The translations under genes were made by a program, and so were the position numbers. 64,000 nt of DNA from Negaprion brevirostris. Its lineage: Eukaryota. The notes beneath the pieces are model-generated. The model searched no databases. It worked only from the letters and a program-made list of their open reading frames with translations, and was not told the origin of the DNA. Of the stretch, positions 49,836 to 63,185 are shown piece by piece (within the stretch, counting starts at the first letter, position 1; each line of letters opens with the position of its first letter). The stretch is taken from the NCBI GenBank assembly GCA_030324005.1, contig JARDVH010000193.1, positions 30,813,337-30,877,336 on the forward strand, in the 5' to 3' direction.

Positions 49836-50505
49836 CATTTATTTGATTTATTATTGTCACGTATTGGGATACAGTGAAAAGTATTATAGAGCCAAAGCAC
49901 ACTGTTGATAGAGTACATAGGGGAGATGGAAAGGAGAGGGTGCAGAATGTAATGTACAGTCATAGTAGAGAGAAGTCCATTCAAAAGTCTGATAGCAGCA
50001 AGAAAAAAGCTGTTCCTGATATGTGACCTCAGACTTTTGTATCTTTTTCCCATCAGAAGAAGGTGGAAGAGAGTATATCTGGGGTGTGTGGGGTCCTTGA
50101 TTATGCTGGCAGCTTTTCTAAGGCAATGGGAAGTGTAGACAGATTCAATGAATAGGAGGTGGGTTTGCATGACAGATTGGGCTACGTTCACAACCCTTTG
50201 TGGTTTCTTGTGGTCTTGGACAGAGCAGGAGCTGTGATACAAGCAGAAAGAATGCTTTCCATGGTACATTTGTAAAAGTTGATGAAAGTCGTAGTGGACA
50301 TGCAAAATTTCCTCAGCCCCCTGAGGAAGTAGAGATGTTGGTGGGCTTTCTTAACTGTAGCATCAGCATGGAGGGACTAGAACAGGCTGCTGGTGATCTC
50401 AACACTTCGAAACTTGAAGCCCTCGACCATTTCCACTTAATCCCTGTTGATGGAGACTGGTGAATGTCCTCCACTATGCTTCCTGAAGTCAATGACTATC
50501 TCCTG
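49836..50505 (-). mobile_element. Rex1/Babar LINE 3' fragment
   Basis: PQRVVNVAQSV...CLRKAASIIKDPTHP..LFHLLLMGKRYKSL...RNSFF; GTGACAATAATAAATCAAAT tail. Confidence 0.9.
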
Positions 50506-51142
50506 TACTGATACTTTTAAATATCTATTTATGAGATATGGTCAACACGGGCAAGTTTCATTCATGACCCAGCAGCAGTTGTGTTGAGAAGATGGTTATG
50601 ACTATTCTCCTTGAATCACTGAAGTTTGTGTTCTGATGGGGCTCCCATCACGGTATTAGTAATGAAGGGGAGGAGGCCAGGTAGATAGGTGGGGGAAGGA
50701 GAGGATAAAGTCTAATTTGGTTGACTTGATACAGCACAGCCATTGTAATATCCTCTTGATGCCACATTGTCTTTCGCATTGGATTTAAAACCATGACACA
50801 CAATTTACTTGTGGTCAATTTAGATGGAGTTTTGAAATGCAGAACTGACTGACTTCAGAGTGATTGAGGGGTCATGACCTCCACTATTGTGGGTGAGAAA
50901 TTCCAGGATTTTGACACAGTAATGAAGGATTGTACATACAAGTTAGGATAATATGTGACTCGAGAGTGGAACGATCGGGTAATTGTTCCACCAGAAATAC
51001 AACTGAATTGCTGTCCTCATCCTTCTGGGGCACAGAGGTCACAGGGCTGGTTGCTGTCAAGCTAACCTTGGTGAATTTCTGCATTACGCTAGTGGTAGCG
51101 ACATTTTTACATACTCACCCTGGATACTTTGGTGTAATTATA

Positions 51143-51472
51143 TAGAATCCCTACAGTGCAGAAGGAGGTCATTGGGCCTATTGAGTCTGCACTGACTCTC
51201 CCACAGAGCATCTTATCCAGGCTCTTTTCCCTTAACTCCACTTATTTACCCCACTAATTCCCATAGCCTACTGGACACTCAGGGGCAATTTAGCCTGGCC
51301 AATCAAGCTAACCTGCACATCTTTGATCTGTGAGAGGAAACCAGAGCATTCGAAGAAACCCACACAGAGGCAGAACATACAATTGGCACACAGACAGTCG
51401 ACCGAGGTGGAATTGAACCCAGGACCCTGGTGCTGTGAGCCAGCAGTGCTAATCATTGTGCCACCATGCCAT
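51143..51472 (-). mobile_element. HE1-type SINE, CR1-type tail
   Basis: Full-length on the minus strand. Confidence 0.9.
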
Positions 51473-52469
51473 CCCTGTGTATTATGGATGCATGTTTACG
51501 TTTATTTATATGTAAGTTAATTTATCTCATACATATTTGTTACATTTTATATATGTTATTATAGTTTATATATAATTGAATTATATATTCTTACGCTTGG
51601 CTGAGATGACAGAAATCCATTACACTTGTGTCCCAGGGGAAATATTCCTTGATTGACAGCCCCAGCTTTCTGACCTCTGTTGTCAAGCACACAATGTTTA
51701 TTCACACCAGATTAAGTGTTGTCAAGTGTTTGTGGTTTCTGTTATTGATCATTTAAAGCTTGAAGATACCAAAGATGTGTGTGCGTTCTGCTCAGGGAAA
51801 AAGTGAAACTAAGACTTGATCACTTGACTCATTCCCTTCTAGTGATGTCATGCTGATAATCCTTAAAGACATATTCTTACAATTACCCTCTTAGATCATT
51901 ACTTCTCATTGCTTGAGATCCCAGACTAACCTGACATATAACATGGGATTTTTCCACCTGTTGTGAGCATTGTCTGGCCATGCTAAAAGTCAATGGACTG
52001 TTGGATGGGACACCAAATCTCCCTCAGCCAGTCCTGCTGCGAAAGGGTCAGAAAATCTCAGCCATAATTTTCCTTCCTTCTCACTCCTATCTGCTGCTGC
52101 CCTGCGCAGATTCTGAAGGAACCCAGTAAGAGAAAGTTAAGGATATGCATAGCCCATGCAGCATTAGAAATCAAGAGATCTGTCTTGCAGTGTCTTTGCT
52201 GACTGATGAATGCCATTGTTGCTGCAAAAGTCAGCATCATAAGCAAATTTAACCANNNNNNNNNNNNNNNNNNNNNNNNNNNNNNNNNNNNNNNNNNNNN
52301 NNNNNNNNNNNNNNNNNNNTTAGCATTTAGATGGAAAGTACATCGATCATAGAATGTTTGTGACCAGCCCTGCCCTGCTGAACCAGCACATGCAATGTCT
52401 CGTACTTTCTTAATCCTTTCAACAAGGTGTAATTAACGTGGCAGATTTTTTTTTTGGTGAATGCGCAAG

Positions 52470-53560
52470 CAAAACACTACAGATATTAGAAATCTGAAAT
52501 AAAAACAGGAAGTACTCAGCAAGTCTGGCAGCATCTGCAGAGAGAGATACACAGTTAACCTTTCAGTTCTTCCATCAGAACTGGGAAAAGTTAGAAATGT
52601 CATAGGTTTCGACAAGTGAGAGAGGATTAAAGGAAGAGAATGAAAGGACGATCCTTTGACAGGCTAGAGGGCTGACAGGTGAATTGGGAAATGTTTTAAT
52701 CTCTGCTCATGATGTGGGGAGACCAAACGTAGACTGGGTGACAACATTGCAGAACCCCTCCACTCAATCCACAAGCATGACCCCAAACTTCCTATTGCCT
52801 GTGGCTTTGATCCTTCACCCTGCTCCCACTCTGACCTTTCTCCCCTTGGCCTCCTGCAATATTTCAATGAAGCTTAACACTAGCTTACAAGAAGTAGTTC
52901 ATTTTTCTCATTGCTTCTGAAGATCTGCCTTTGCGACAGCCTCCCACCTCATAGACCCCCCAACATGATCAGCCTGCTCCTGCCTCTTTCCCAGAAGAGG
53001 AATGAGCTGGTAGGCTCATTATTTCAGCCTCTCTTTGCTCCACTGAATCGATTGCTTCCTTTTTCAGCATTCTGAAGGGAATGTTCGTTCCATGATACCC
53101 CGGTTCGCTTCTCAGTCATCCTCCATATCTCTTCCCTTCTTGTGGCATCTTTCCATGCAAGTATAGGCGATGCAATACCTCTCCTTTTTAATGTCACCCT
53201 TCCTACTATCAAAGGCCCCAAACATTCCTTTCAGGAAAAATAGTGATTTATTTGTAGTTCTTTCAATTTAGTATACTCCATCTGTTGTATACTATATGGC
53301 CTGATCTACACTAGGGAGATGAAATGCGGACTGGGTGACTAATTTATGGAGCATGTCCACTCAACCTGCACATGTGACCACAAACTTCCAGCCACCATTG
53401 TTTTCATTCTCCATTTGCTTCCAGTCTGACTTTTCTGTCCTTGGCCTGCTACAACGTTCCAATGATACTCAATGCAAGCTCAAGGAATGACACTTTATCT
53501 ATTGACATGTCACTTTACATTCCTTATGGACTTAATATGGAGCCAAACAATTTTGGATCC
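52470..53560. mobile_element. Penelope-like element: inverted terminus plus GIY-YIG endonuclease remnants
   Basis: Plus ~52716: GETKRRLGDNIAEPLHSIHKHDPKLPIACGF; plus ~53250: CSSFNLVYSICCILYGLIYTREMKCGLGD; minus-strand terminus 52470-52585. Confidence 0.85.
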
Positions 53561-53654
53561 TATCCTCTATCCCATTTTGTTTCATTTTTCCATTTGGTTT
53601 GATGTTTTTCTCTTTTGTCCCTCTTTCTTTTCACTCCTGGAAGTTATTCAGGAT

Positions 53655-54290
53655 TATAAGACAATAGGAAATAGGAACAGGAGTAGGCCATTTGGCCCCT
53701 TTAAGTTTACTCTGCCCTACCATTCCATAGGATAATTGTTGAATTCACATTTTTCAGGTCCACTTTCCTGCTCTTTACCCGTAGCCCTTGATTCCCTTAC
53801 TGATCAAAAATCAATCTATCTCAGCCTTAAATGTACACAAGCGACGGGATTTTAAGGTCTTTCTCGGGCAAGATTGTAAAATCCCCCTGAGGCCAATGGA
53901 TATTTCTGTTCTGGGAACCTCGCCCATGCTGATTCTGGAGTGGGTGAGGTGGGAGAGTTCAGGCCAAGGGCTCTGAACGAACAGCTCTCTGTGGTAAGGA
54001 GTTCCAAAGGCTCATAATCCTTTGAGAGAAGAATTTCCCCTCATCTCAGTCTTAAATTGAGGTCTCTTTATTCTGAGACTATGCCCTCTAGTCCTAGACC
54101 CCCCCCCCAATGAGGGGAAACAACCTTTCAGCATTTACTTTGTCAAACTCCTTAAGAATCCTTTATGTTTCAATGAGATCACCTCTCATTCTTTTAAATT
54201 CCAATGAGTTGAGTCCCAATCTGTTTAACCTTTCCTCATAAGACTGGCAATCATCCTAGTGAACCTACTCTGAACTGCCTCCAGTTAAAT
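53655..54290 (-). mobile_element. CR1 LINE 3' end with nested short MITE (~53845-53965)
   Basis: AATAGGAACAGGAGTAGGCCATTTGGCCCC tail; TCAATGAGATCACCTCTCATTCTT body. Confidence 0.85.
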
Positions 54291-54427
54291 ATTGGGCAAA
54301 TTTTACAGGTTTACTCCACCCATCAATGGGCAGAGCAAACTGGTAAAATCATGAGAAAGTTGAGAAATCAGGATCATGTCCGATTTCTTGGCTCTTGCGA
54401 TCCTAAGAGAACTGAATTTCTGGCAAG

Positions 54428-54750
54428 GGGTGGCGAGGTGACACAATCGTTAGCACTGCTGCCTCACAGCGCCAGAGACCCAGGTTCAATTTTGACCTCA
54501 GGTCACTGTCTGGAGTGGAATTTGCATATTCTCCTCATGTTTGCATGGGTTTCCTCCGGGTGCTCCGGTTTCTGCCTACAGTTCAAAGATGTGCAGGTTA
54601 GCTGGATTGTCCATGCTGATTTGCCCCTTAATGTTAGGGGAACTAATAAGGTAAATATGTGGTGTTGTGGGGATAGGGCCTGGGTGGGATTGTTGTCAGT
54701 GTAGACTCAATGGTCTGAATGAGCTCCTTCTGCATTGTAGGGATTCTACG
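54428..54750 (+). mobile_element. HE1-type SINE, CR1-type tail
   Basis: Head, core and CTTCTGCATTGTAGGGATTCT tail. Confidence 0.9.
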
Positions 54751-54899
54751 AGTCAGCTGCTCGTCCATTTCTGGTGAGAATCTGAATATATTATTTAAAT
54801 TTATTCTAATATTCATTAACATGTGTTTAGTGAGTTTGGCACTCAATCATTCAGGCTCACTTTATGGACTTTATGACCTTATGGACTCACCTGGAAATG

Positions 54900-55714
54900 T
54901 TTTCTTCAGCGAGGAAAAGACCTGCTCCCCATGAATGGGGAACAGTCGTTTTGCCCGTGCTGGTAGAACCAGAGACCATTCAGGCATCCCAGAGAGGCTG
55001 AGTGCAAAGGGGGGAGTGGTGAAGAGAGTGCCAGTCTGGCCATGCCATTCTGGCACCTTGGCACTGCCAGCCTGGCATCTTGGCAATGTTCACTGGGCAG
55101 CGCCAAGGGACAGGGATGAAGAGGGTGGGCCCTGAAGGGAACATGGCCTATGGGAATGGGGACTGGAGGAGGCAGGGCCCTGAGGTGGGGGTGGTCTGGA
55201 GGGGGTGAGGCCAGATTGGGGCAGTCTGATCTGCGAAGGAGGACCGCTATGCATTCTGCTGATGATCAATGGGGGTGGTGGGGGTGCTGCTGCTCTGCAT
55301 TGCAATTGGTGGATGGAGGGAATGGGGGGGCCACTGTGCATTCTGAGAGAGATCAATGACAGATGAGGGGGCCCATCTCTGCTTTGCATTGTGTCCAGTG
55401 GTGGTGGAGGGGGAAATTGGTCTGGGTGGCAGTGGGGCTATGGGTTGCGCTGAGGCTGGCTGCAACAGCAGAGGCCTGACAGCTTTCTCTCTCTCTCTGT
55501 CTCTCTATCAGTCCTTTGCTTTTGCTGTTGCACAAGTGGAGCCACAGAGGTATGCACATGCGCAAAAGCTCCCTCTACTGCCATCAGATGATTTTAGCCC
55601 CACCCACTGCCTGTAGTAATTACAAACAGTCTAGCCCATTTTTTTAAACCACGATGTGCATAGGATTGGGAGTAAAAACTCACCCAAAAACAGATCTGCA
55701 CCTCTCCCATTTTT
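54900..55714. mobile_element. GC-rich MITE-like element
   Basis: GGCACTGCC subrepeats as at 1-387; G-rich subrepeats; gap-truncated. Confidence 0.45.
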
Positions 55715-55814
55715 NNNNNNNNNNNNNNNNNNNNNNNNNNNNNNNNNNNNNNNNNNNNNNNNNNNNNNNNNNNNNNNNNNNNNNNNNNNNNNNNNNNNNN
55801 NNNNNNNNNNNNNN

Positions 55815-56110
55815 AATACTGCCCATAATCTTTCCAAAACTGCTCACAGTACTGCAGCTGTGGTCTCACCAATTACTTGTAAATTTGCAGCAAGACTTCC
55901 CTACTCTTATACTTCAACCCTTTTGAAATAGGGACGAACATTCTGTTAGCCTTCCTGATTACCTGCTGTGCCCGTGTGCTAGCTTTCTGTGTTTCATGCT
56001 CAAGTACCACCAAGTCCCTTCGTGTTACAATTTTCTGCATTTTTTCCCATTTAAATAACACTCTGTTCTTTCGTTCTCTCTTCCAAAATGAACAACTTCA
56101 CATTCTGCCA
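55815..56110 (-). mobile_element. CR1 fragment
   Basis: RRDLVVLEHETQKASTRAQQVIRKANRM...GLKYKSREVLLQIYK. Confidence 0.85.
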
Positions 56111-56149
56111 TTCACATCTCCTCATGAGATATTTTGTTTATTTACTAAT

Positions 56150-57170
56150 CCCATTACCACTCACTTTGGCCATTTGGAGCGAAACCTTTAGTTATTTCAT
56201 CTCTCCTGCCCTCAGCCCCATCACAGCCTTCCCTTTTGTTCTTCCTCCCTGTCTTTCTCTTTCCTTCACTTAACCAAAGCATTTACTAGAAAGGTCGGCA
56301 ACCTGAGACGTCAGGCTGAATTATCCTGGTCCTAAGGATTGGAGGTGGTGAGGCAGGGAAAATATCGGAACCATGTCAGGTTGGCTTCCTGACGTAATCC
56401 CATCCTGGCAATTTTTCCCAGGGACAGGCTGAGAATTATTGGCTACCCAGTCCAGGGTGGCAGACAGCCAATTTATTCAACTAATGCCCCAGTTAGGGTC
56501 CATATTGTACTGTTACCAGTATTTACTGACATTGGAGTGGCCCCTTGCTATATGCAGAGGCTGCCAGCTCAATTGACACCAGGCCTGGGGTCCATTAGAG
56601 CTGGAAACTCCATGTCCCAATGGTGAAGTGATGGGGTTGGGACCAGTGAGAAAAGCTTTGGAGCTTTTACTGGCGTCTTCTGTGAAGCCTTTCTGCACTG
56701 GCCAGCAAGGGCACCAATGTGGAGTACCTCCGTCCTGTGGCACCCTTACAGTCCTTGACCTACCTCAGCAGTGACCAGTTCCCCTGATGGAGCTGCCAAA
56801 CCTCCAAAGCTTTTAGCTTTGGGCCTACAACATAGGTAGCCCCACCTATCCTCCTTAATAGNNNNNNNNNNNNNNNNNNNNNNNNNNNNNNNNNNNNNNN
56901 NNNNNNNNNNNNNNNNNNNNNNNNNNNNNNNNNNNNNNNNNNNNNNNNNNNNNNNNNNNNNTAATAGGATGGTGAATGTGGAGATGGCCAATAAGGGGCT
57001 GTCACCCGAAAGATTGTGCCCCTTGTTTCATTGCTGGGAACCTTGAGCTCAGTACCTCATCTAGTCCATACCTCAGGGTCCTTAAGGCTACTGGAAAATT
57101 GAGCTCAATAATTCTGTTTTCTCCCTCCATAGATGCTGCCAGGCCTACTAAGCATTTCTAGCATTTTCTG
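56150..57170 (+). mobile_element. Penelope-like 3' terminus split by a MITE (56313-57106)
   Basis: AAAGGTC..ACCTGAGACGTC | AGGCTGAATTATCC...GGAAAATTGAGCTC | ...TCTGTTTTCTCCCTCCATAGATGCTGCCAGG. Confidence 0.7.
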
Positions 57171-57904
57171 GTCTTTAAGTTTTTGAAAAAAAGGTTTTCT
57201 TTAAATAAAGTACACTTAGATAAATGACCCACTTCACTACATCACTTCAGATATTAGTGTTTTTTTAAATCCCATGTAAAAAAACCTGCATTTATTGTAC
57301 CTTCCAAGTGTCAGTGGCTAATTGAGAAATATTACCATCTGTGCAGTGACCTTGGTATGAGTGTATGTCAATATTTCTCAGCAGTGTTGGGGAAGAATTG
57401 TTTGACTTGTTAAACGCAGTGACACTATGAATTAATTCACAAAAGAACATTGAATCTTTTTGCTGTGCACCGGAATGAAAAAGTCCCCAGCTTTCAGTAG
57501 GAGTGTGTGGTGATTTGATAAACTCACCTTTTGATTTGGTCTATTTAAGGTGAGGCATTGGCCGAGTGTCGATTGGGTTTTATTTTTATCTCAAAATTGA
57601 AACCTGGCAGGAAGAAAGTTAAGCTTGTCCCACAAAAAAAAATCTACTGACCTCTGACAACCAATCCAACCATCATAAAAAGGTTGAACTTTCACGCCAA
57701 GAAGAGTGGCAGCTCAGTAGCAATATGTCAATAATCTAAATGTATTTCATTAAATGTTTCACACATACAGCACTCTCTTTCTAAACTGGCAACCTCTGGA
57801 TAGAAGCCATGCTGGATATTGGATTTTACCGAATGTGAGTTGTGGGGTGGGGAGGTTGGGGGTGGGGTGTAAGGGGTGGGAGGGGGGTGGTGGTGGTTGG
57901 GGGT

Positions 57905-58222
57905 CCAGGTTTAGAGTTGCTGCCTCTCAGCGCTAGGGACCCATTCTAGCCTTGGGTGACTATATATGTGGAGTTCGCATGTTCTCCTGTGCCTCTGTGG
58001 GTTTCTTCCTGGTGCTCCAGTTTCCTCCCACAGTCCAAAGATATGCAGATTCATTGGATTGGCCATGGTAAATTACCCCTTGGTGCAAGTTAGGAGATTA
58101 GCAGGGTAATTACGTGGGGTTATAGGGATGAGGCTTAGGGTGGGATGCTTTATAAGAGAATGCAGACTTGATGGGCCAAATGGTTTCCTTCTGCACTATA
58201 GGTATTCTATAAAATTCTATGA
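57905..58222 (+). mobile_element. HE1-type SINE, CR1-type tail
   Basis: Core CTCCCACAGTCCAAAGATATGCAG; tail CCTTCTGCACTATAGGTATTCTAT. Confidence 0.85.
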
Positions 58223-58617
58223 AGGGTTGTTCGGAGTGCAGAAATAGACTGACGTCTAAGCGGCTAAGCAGATAGCTACTCCAATGCAAAGCGGTGCCAA
58301 GTCGAATTGTCCAGGTAAGTGAATTTTAATTGAGTAAAATATATAAAAAATATGCATGGCACAGTCTAAATATGTCCTGTTTCTCTGACAATTCCAGTTT
58401 TGAGGTATCCGGTTTTGAGAAGGTGTACCTGCACTTCCCACTTACAAAACCTAACATCATGTTGTTATGCCGTTACCATTATAAATTCTTGTGCCCATAT
58501 TTAAAATGGAAACAATCTACATTGATTTTTGACTAGGTTAATGCAAGCTTTGCCCCACCTGAGACGGTCTAACATCAATTCAGCATTTTTAGAAGTTCAT
58601 AAGCTGATCTGATTTCA

Positions 58618-59308
58618 AGAACAAAGAGAACAAACAACAAAGAACAGTACAGCGCAGGGATAGGCCCTTNNNNNNNNNNNNNNNNNNNCGATTATGATGC
58701 CCTAACAAAAAAAATCCTTCTGCTCTTGCTCAATCCGTATTCTTCTATTCCCTCCCTATTCATGTGCACATCCAGATGCCTTTTAAATGTTGCTAATGTG
58801 CCTGCTTCCACCACAGCCTTATTCTAGGGATCCACTACTCTCTATGTGAAAAGCTTCCCGTGCACATCTCCCTCAAACATTCTCTCTCTCACCTTGAACC
58901 TGTGCCCCTTGTAATTGACACTTCCACCCTTGGAAAAAGCCTCTGACTATCCATCTCTGTCTATGCCTCTCATAATTTTGTAGACCTCTCCAGATGTCTG
59001 CCCTCAGCTTCCGTCTTTCCAATGAAAACAATCCTCATTTATTCAACCTTCCATCATAGTTGCCTTTGAGGCCAGACAACATCCTGGTGAACCTTCTTTG
59101 CACTGCCTCCAAGGCTTCCATGACCTTCAGGTAGTGTGATGACCAGAACTGCATGCAATACTCCAAATGTGGCCTAACTAAGGATTTGTTTCGTTGCAAC
59201 ATGATTTCCCAACTCTTGTACTCAATGCCCTGGCTGATGAATGCAAGCATGCCATATGCTCTCTTAATCATCTTGATTGCCAGTGTTGCCACTTTTGGAG
59301 AACTGTGG
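58618..59308 (-). mobile_element. CR1 LINE 3' end
   Basis: AYGMLAFISQGIEYKSWEIMLQ..SLVRPHLEYCMQFWS...LEAVQRRFTRML. Confidence 0.95.
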
Positions 59309-61699
59309 TGTATTTTGGAATGAGTGTGGATTTTTGTTTATCATTGAGTACTTTATAACTGATTGTTCAAAGTGCTTTTTATATTGTTTTCATCAATCAA
59401 TTTTCTTAGCGCATGATATTTTTAGTTGTAAAGTAAGGATAATGACAAAATAAAAAAAACACAAAATTTGATACAATAAAACACAGTTCAATGGATAAAT
59501 GTAAATTGATGCTTTCCTTAAAGATTGGAATGCTCCAAAAGACTGGACTTGAAGTTAATACTTTATCTAGGGTTATGATGTTGTTAGCTAAATGCAGTTC
59601 ACACAAATGCCAAGGCTTTATAAAGATATAAGTTATCTTCAAGATATATTTTTAGAAGAGAGGCTGTTGGTGTTACTAACAGAAAATACACTCTGCTGTT
59701 TACACAAAGTATTCCAGCTTTTGTCTTGTATTCAATTTTAGAACAGACATTTAACTGGAAGAAAATCTTTCCTCATCCTAATTTAAGACTTCTTTCTCCA
59801 GCATAAATTGAGGGTTGAAAACAATGGAAAACTTTTAATTATCTCTTGCCTTTCTGTTGACTGATAATCTTAACATGCTAATTGTAGCATCTGGGACACA
59901 GCAATACAGAGATAGAGATGGGCAGCTGCCCTGGGGATTGTGGCAATTTGTGACAGAATCATCAAAATAAGAGTATAAAAACCAGAAATTCCAACCAGAA
60001 TTTCCCGACTCCCTCTTTACACTCCAATATATAATCCTATTCTCCAATAATTCCCATCAGTCCTAAGAAAGGGATCNNNNNNNNNNNNNNNNNNNNNNNN
60101 NNNNNNNNNNNNNNNNNNNNNNNNNNNNNNNNNNNNNNNNNNNNNNNNNNNNNNNNNNNNNNNNNNNNNNNNNNNNNNNNNNNNNNNNNNNNNNNNNNNN
60201 NNNNNNNNNNNNNNNNNNNNNNNNNNNNNNNNNNNNNNNNNNNNNNNNNNNNNNNNNNNNNNNNNNNNNNNNNNNNNNNNNNNNNNNNNNNNNNNNNNNN
60301 NNNNNNNNNNNNNNNNNNNNNNNNNNNNNNNNNNNNNNNNNNNNNNNNNNNNNNNNNNNNNNNNNNNNNNNNNNNNNNNNNNNNNNNNNNNNNNNNNNNN
60401 NNNNNNNNNNNNNNNNNNNNNNNNNNNNNNNGCCAAAGGCAGAGGGGGGGGGGGGGAATAAAGGGCGGACACCAAGAAAAGGGATGGTGTGGGCTGTGGC
60501 TTCTTATGGCCTTGTTCAAGATGGACAACTGCTGTCTTAGTGAGCTGCAGACCTCTACACATTCAATGTGATAAAAAAAAATTCCACAAATTGTATATTC
60601 AAGGACCTGGCATCAGAACTCAGAAAACCTCAGTCCCCAAATTTTTTTTACATTTTATTTCAGCCCTGACCATTTACCCCGCTCTGGATTAAGGTTGTAG
60701 CTAAAATCTGAAGGCAGCTTGGCCAATTGGCCCACCTGCCAATCACAAAGGTAGACGGGCCACATACTTTTTAATTGACTCCTTAATGGTTCTAATAGCT
60801 CTCTGAATTGTCAGCAGGTGCGCTTTTGAAATATCGTGTGAGTATGTGATGATGTCAGGACACGCACCCAATATCCTTTCACGTGATTTCACCCACTTCT
60901 GGGTTGTGTATGTGCCCACCTGAGCAATGTAAAATTCTGGCCCTGACTTCTGCATTGGATTGTGTTTTACACACAGGGCCATCGTTCCAGAGTATTTTTC
61001 AATTCATTGAATGACTGCCATTTCTTGTGCACCAATTACTTTAGCAAAAGATCAATTGGACTAATGCTTGGCAAATGACAGAATAACATTTTTACTTAAC
61101 AAGAGAATGCACTCCCCCAACTCAAAACCTGATGGGACTCAAGCTGGCAAAGATGCCAAGCTTCCCATATGGTATAACTTCTTATTAATTGGATAACTAC
61201 ATCATTGATTAACCTACATGGAACGATAAACGGATCTGCATCTGCTTAATATGTATCCAGCGGAGTTCCACTTTAATTACTGTGGCCTTCCCAAACACTT
61301 GGCTTGCCAAACAGTCAACATTTCTATGAATTTCAGCTGTGCATTTACATTGCTGTCTCTGGCTAGGCAAAAGAAAATGAGACTGGGGACAAAGTTAACT
61401 TAAAATGTTCAACGCTTAATGGTTAATATTTGGATTTTTTCATTTGAAGTTTTGTTTGTGTTTACAATCTCTGTTAAATGCTCTGAATGCTGAACTAAGC
61501 ACTGAACTGTTCCAACACAGAAGAGCAGATATTTGACATTGCTGCTTGAAATCCTTCCAAAGTAATTGAAAATGTTTAATGGAACCTGGAGAGCCAACAT
61601 ATCGAAATTGTAACTGTGGGAATGGGCCATAATAATAAGCACTCCACATCTTCTCGTGCTATTATTGATTGCCTACTGCAAGGAACTTGGAATTAATAT

Positions 61700-62650
61700 T
61701 TCAGGAAGGATGGCCTCGTCAAAAGGTTGGGTCATTCAGCTCCTTGAGCCTGGTCCACCATTCAGTTCGACCATGGCTGACCTGTATCTTAACTCTCTCT
61801 ACTCTCTGTGGTTCTGTTACCCTTAATATTGTTGTTAGACACAAATCTATCATTCAGTTTGCAAATTTTCAACTTACCTAACTGCCCTATTTCTTTGTGA
61901 GGAAAGAGAGTTTCACGTTATTACTACACCTTGTGTGAAGAAGTACTTCTTGACATCATCGCTGATGATGTTTTTGAAGTTTATACTCCTTGATCTAGAC
62001 ACTCTGTCCAGAGGAAAGAGTTTTTTTTCTCTAATTTATTCTACCTATGTTCTATGGGACAGTATGGTGGCAATGGTTAGCACTGCTATCTCACAGCACC
62101 AAGTACCCAGATTCGATTCTTGCCTTGGGTCTCCCTGTGTCTGTGTGGGTTTCCTCCGGATGTTCCAGTTTCCTCCCACAGTCCAAAGATGTGCGGGTTA
62201 GATTGATTGGCTGTGCTAAATTGTCCCTTAATTTCAGGGAGCTTACCAGGGTAAATAAGTGGTGTTATAGGTATAGGGCCTGGGTGGGATTGTTGTCAAT
62301 GTAGGCTCGTTAGATCAAATGGCCTCCTTCTGCACTGTAGGGATTCTGTGATTCTATGATTCAAAGCCTTTAATAATCTTAAACACTACAAGTTGATCAC
62401 GCCTTAGTCTTCTACATTCAAGGAAATGCAGGCAAAGTCTATGCAGCCTGTCCTCATCAATTAACCCTTTAGCTCTGATATCATTCTGATGAATTTGGAG
62501 TGCCTTCTTCCAAGGCCAATATACCGTTCCCAGAACATGTTGCAATACTCCAGGTATTGTCTTTCCAGATCTCTATACAAGTATAATATAACTTGATTCT
62601 CTTGTTTCCTAGTGCTTATGTGATAGAAGTCAGCTATGAACACTCTTATG
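61700..62650 (-). mobile_element. Old CR1 3' end interrupted by a SINE
   Basis: LYRDLERQYLEYC...FIRMISELKGL..EDRLHRL.LHFLECRRLRRD..VFKIIKG (62360-62650); tail-like 61700-62045. Confidence 0.7.
62058..62358 (+). mobile_element. HE1-type SINE, CR1-type tail
   Basis: Head GGTGGCAATGGTTAGCACTGC; tail CCTTCTGCACTGTAGGGATTCT. Confidence 0.9.
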
Positions 62651-62669
62651 CTATCTATGTTCACACAAT

Positions 62670-63130
62670 TAGCAATTTACATTTATAAAACACCTTTAAC
62701 ATGGTAAAATGTCCCAAACTGCTCCACTGAGGCCTTCTCAAACAATATTTGGCACTGACCCACTGAGGTCATTATTAGGGTAGGCAACCAGAAATGTGTT
62801 CAAAGAGATAGGTTCTAAAGAGTTTAGAACAGTAGAGAGGTGCAGAATTTCAGTGAAGGAATTGCAAAGCACAGGGATCTGTGGTGGACCTAGGCAGCTG
62901 AAGGCAAAACCCCCAGTGCTGGGGTGAAGGAAATCAGGAATGCATAAGAAACAGAAACTGGAGGAATGCTGAGTTCTCTGTTATACAGTTGGAATCAGTT
63001 TCAGATGTAGAAAGGAAATGAAGGGATTTGAACACAGGGGTGAGAATTTTAAAATCAAGGCATTGCCAGATCAGGAGTCAGTGTGGGTGAACAAACGTAT
63101 TAGTGTCTGGAATCCAAAACTTAACATGAG
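62670..63130 (-). mobile_element. L2-clade LINE 3' fragment
   Basis: Reverse L2 tail (CATTTATAAAACACCTTTAACATGG); GGGATTTGAACACAGGGGTGAGAATTTTAAAATC corresponds to DFKILT.VFKSL. Confidence 0.65.
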
Positions 63131-63185
63131 CCAGAATATGATTAGTAGATGTTTGGGTGCGGTTTACAGAGCATGGAAGAATCTG

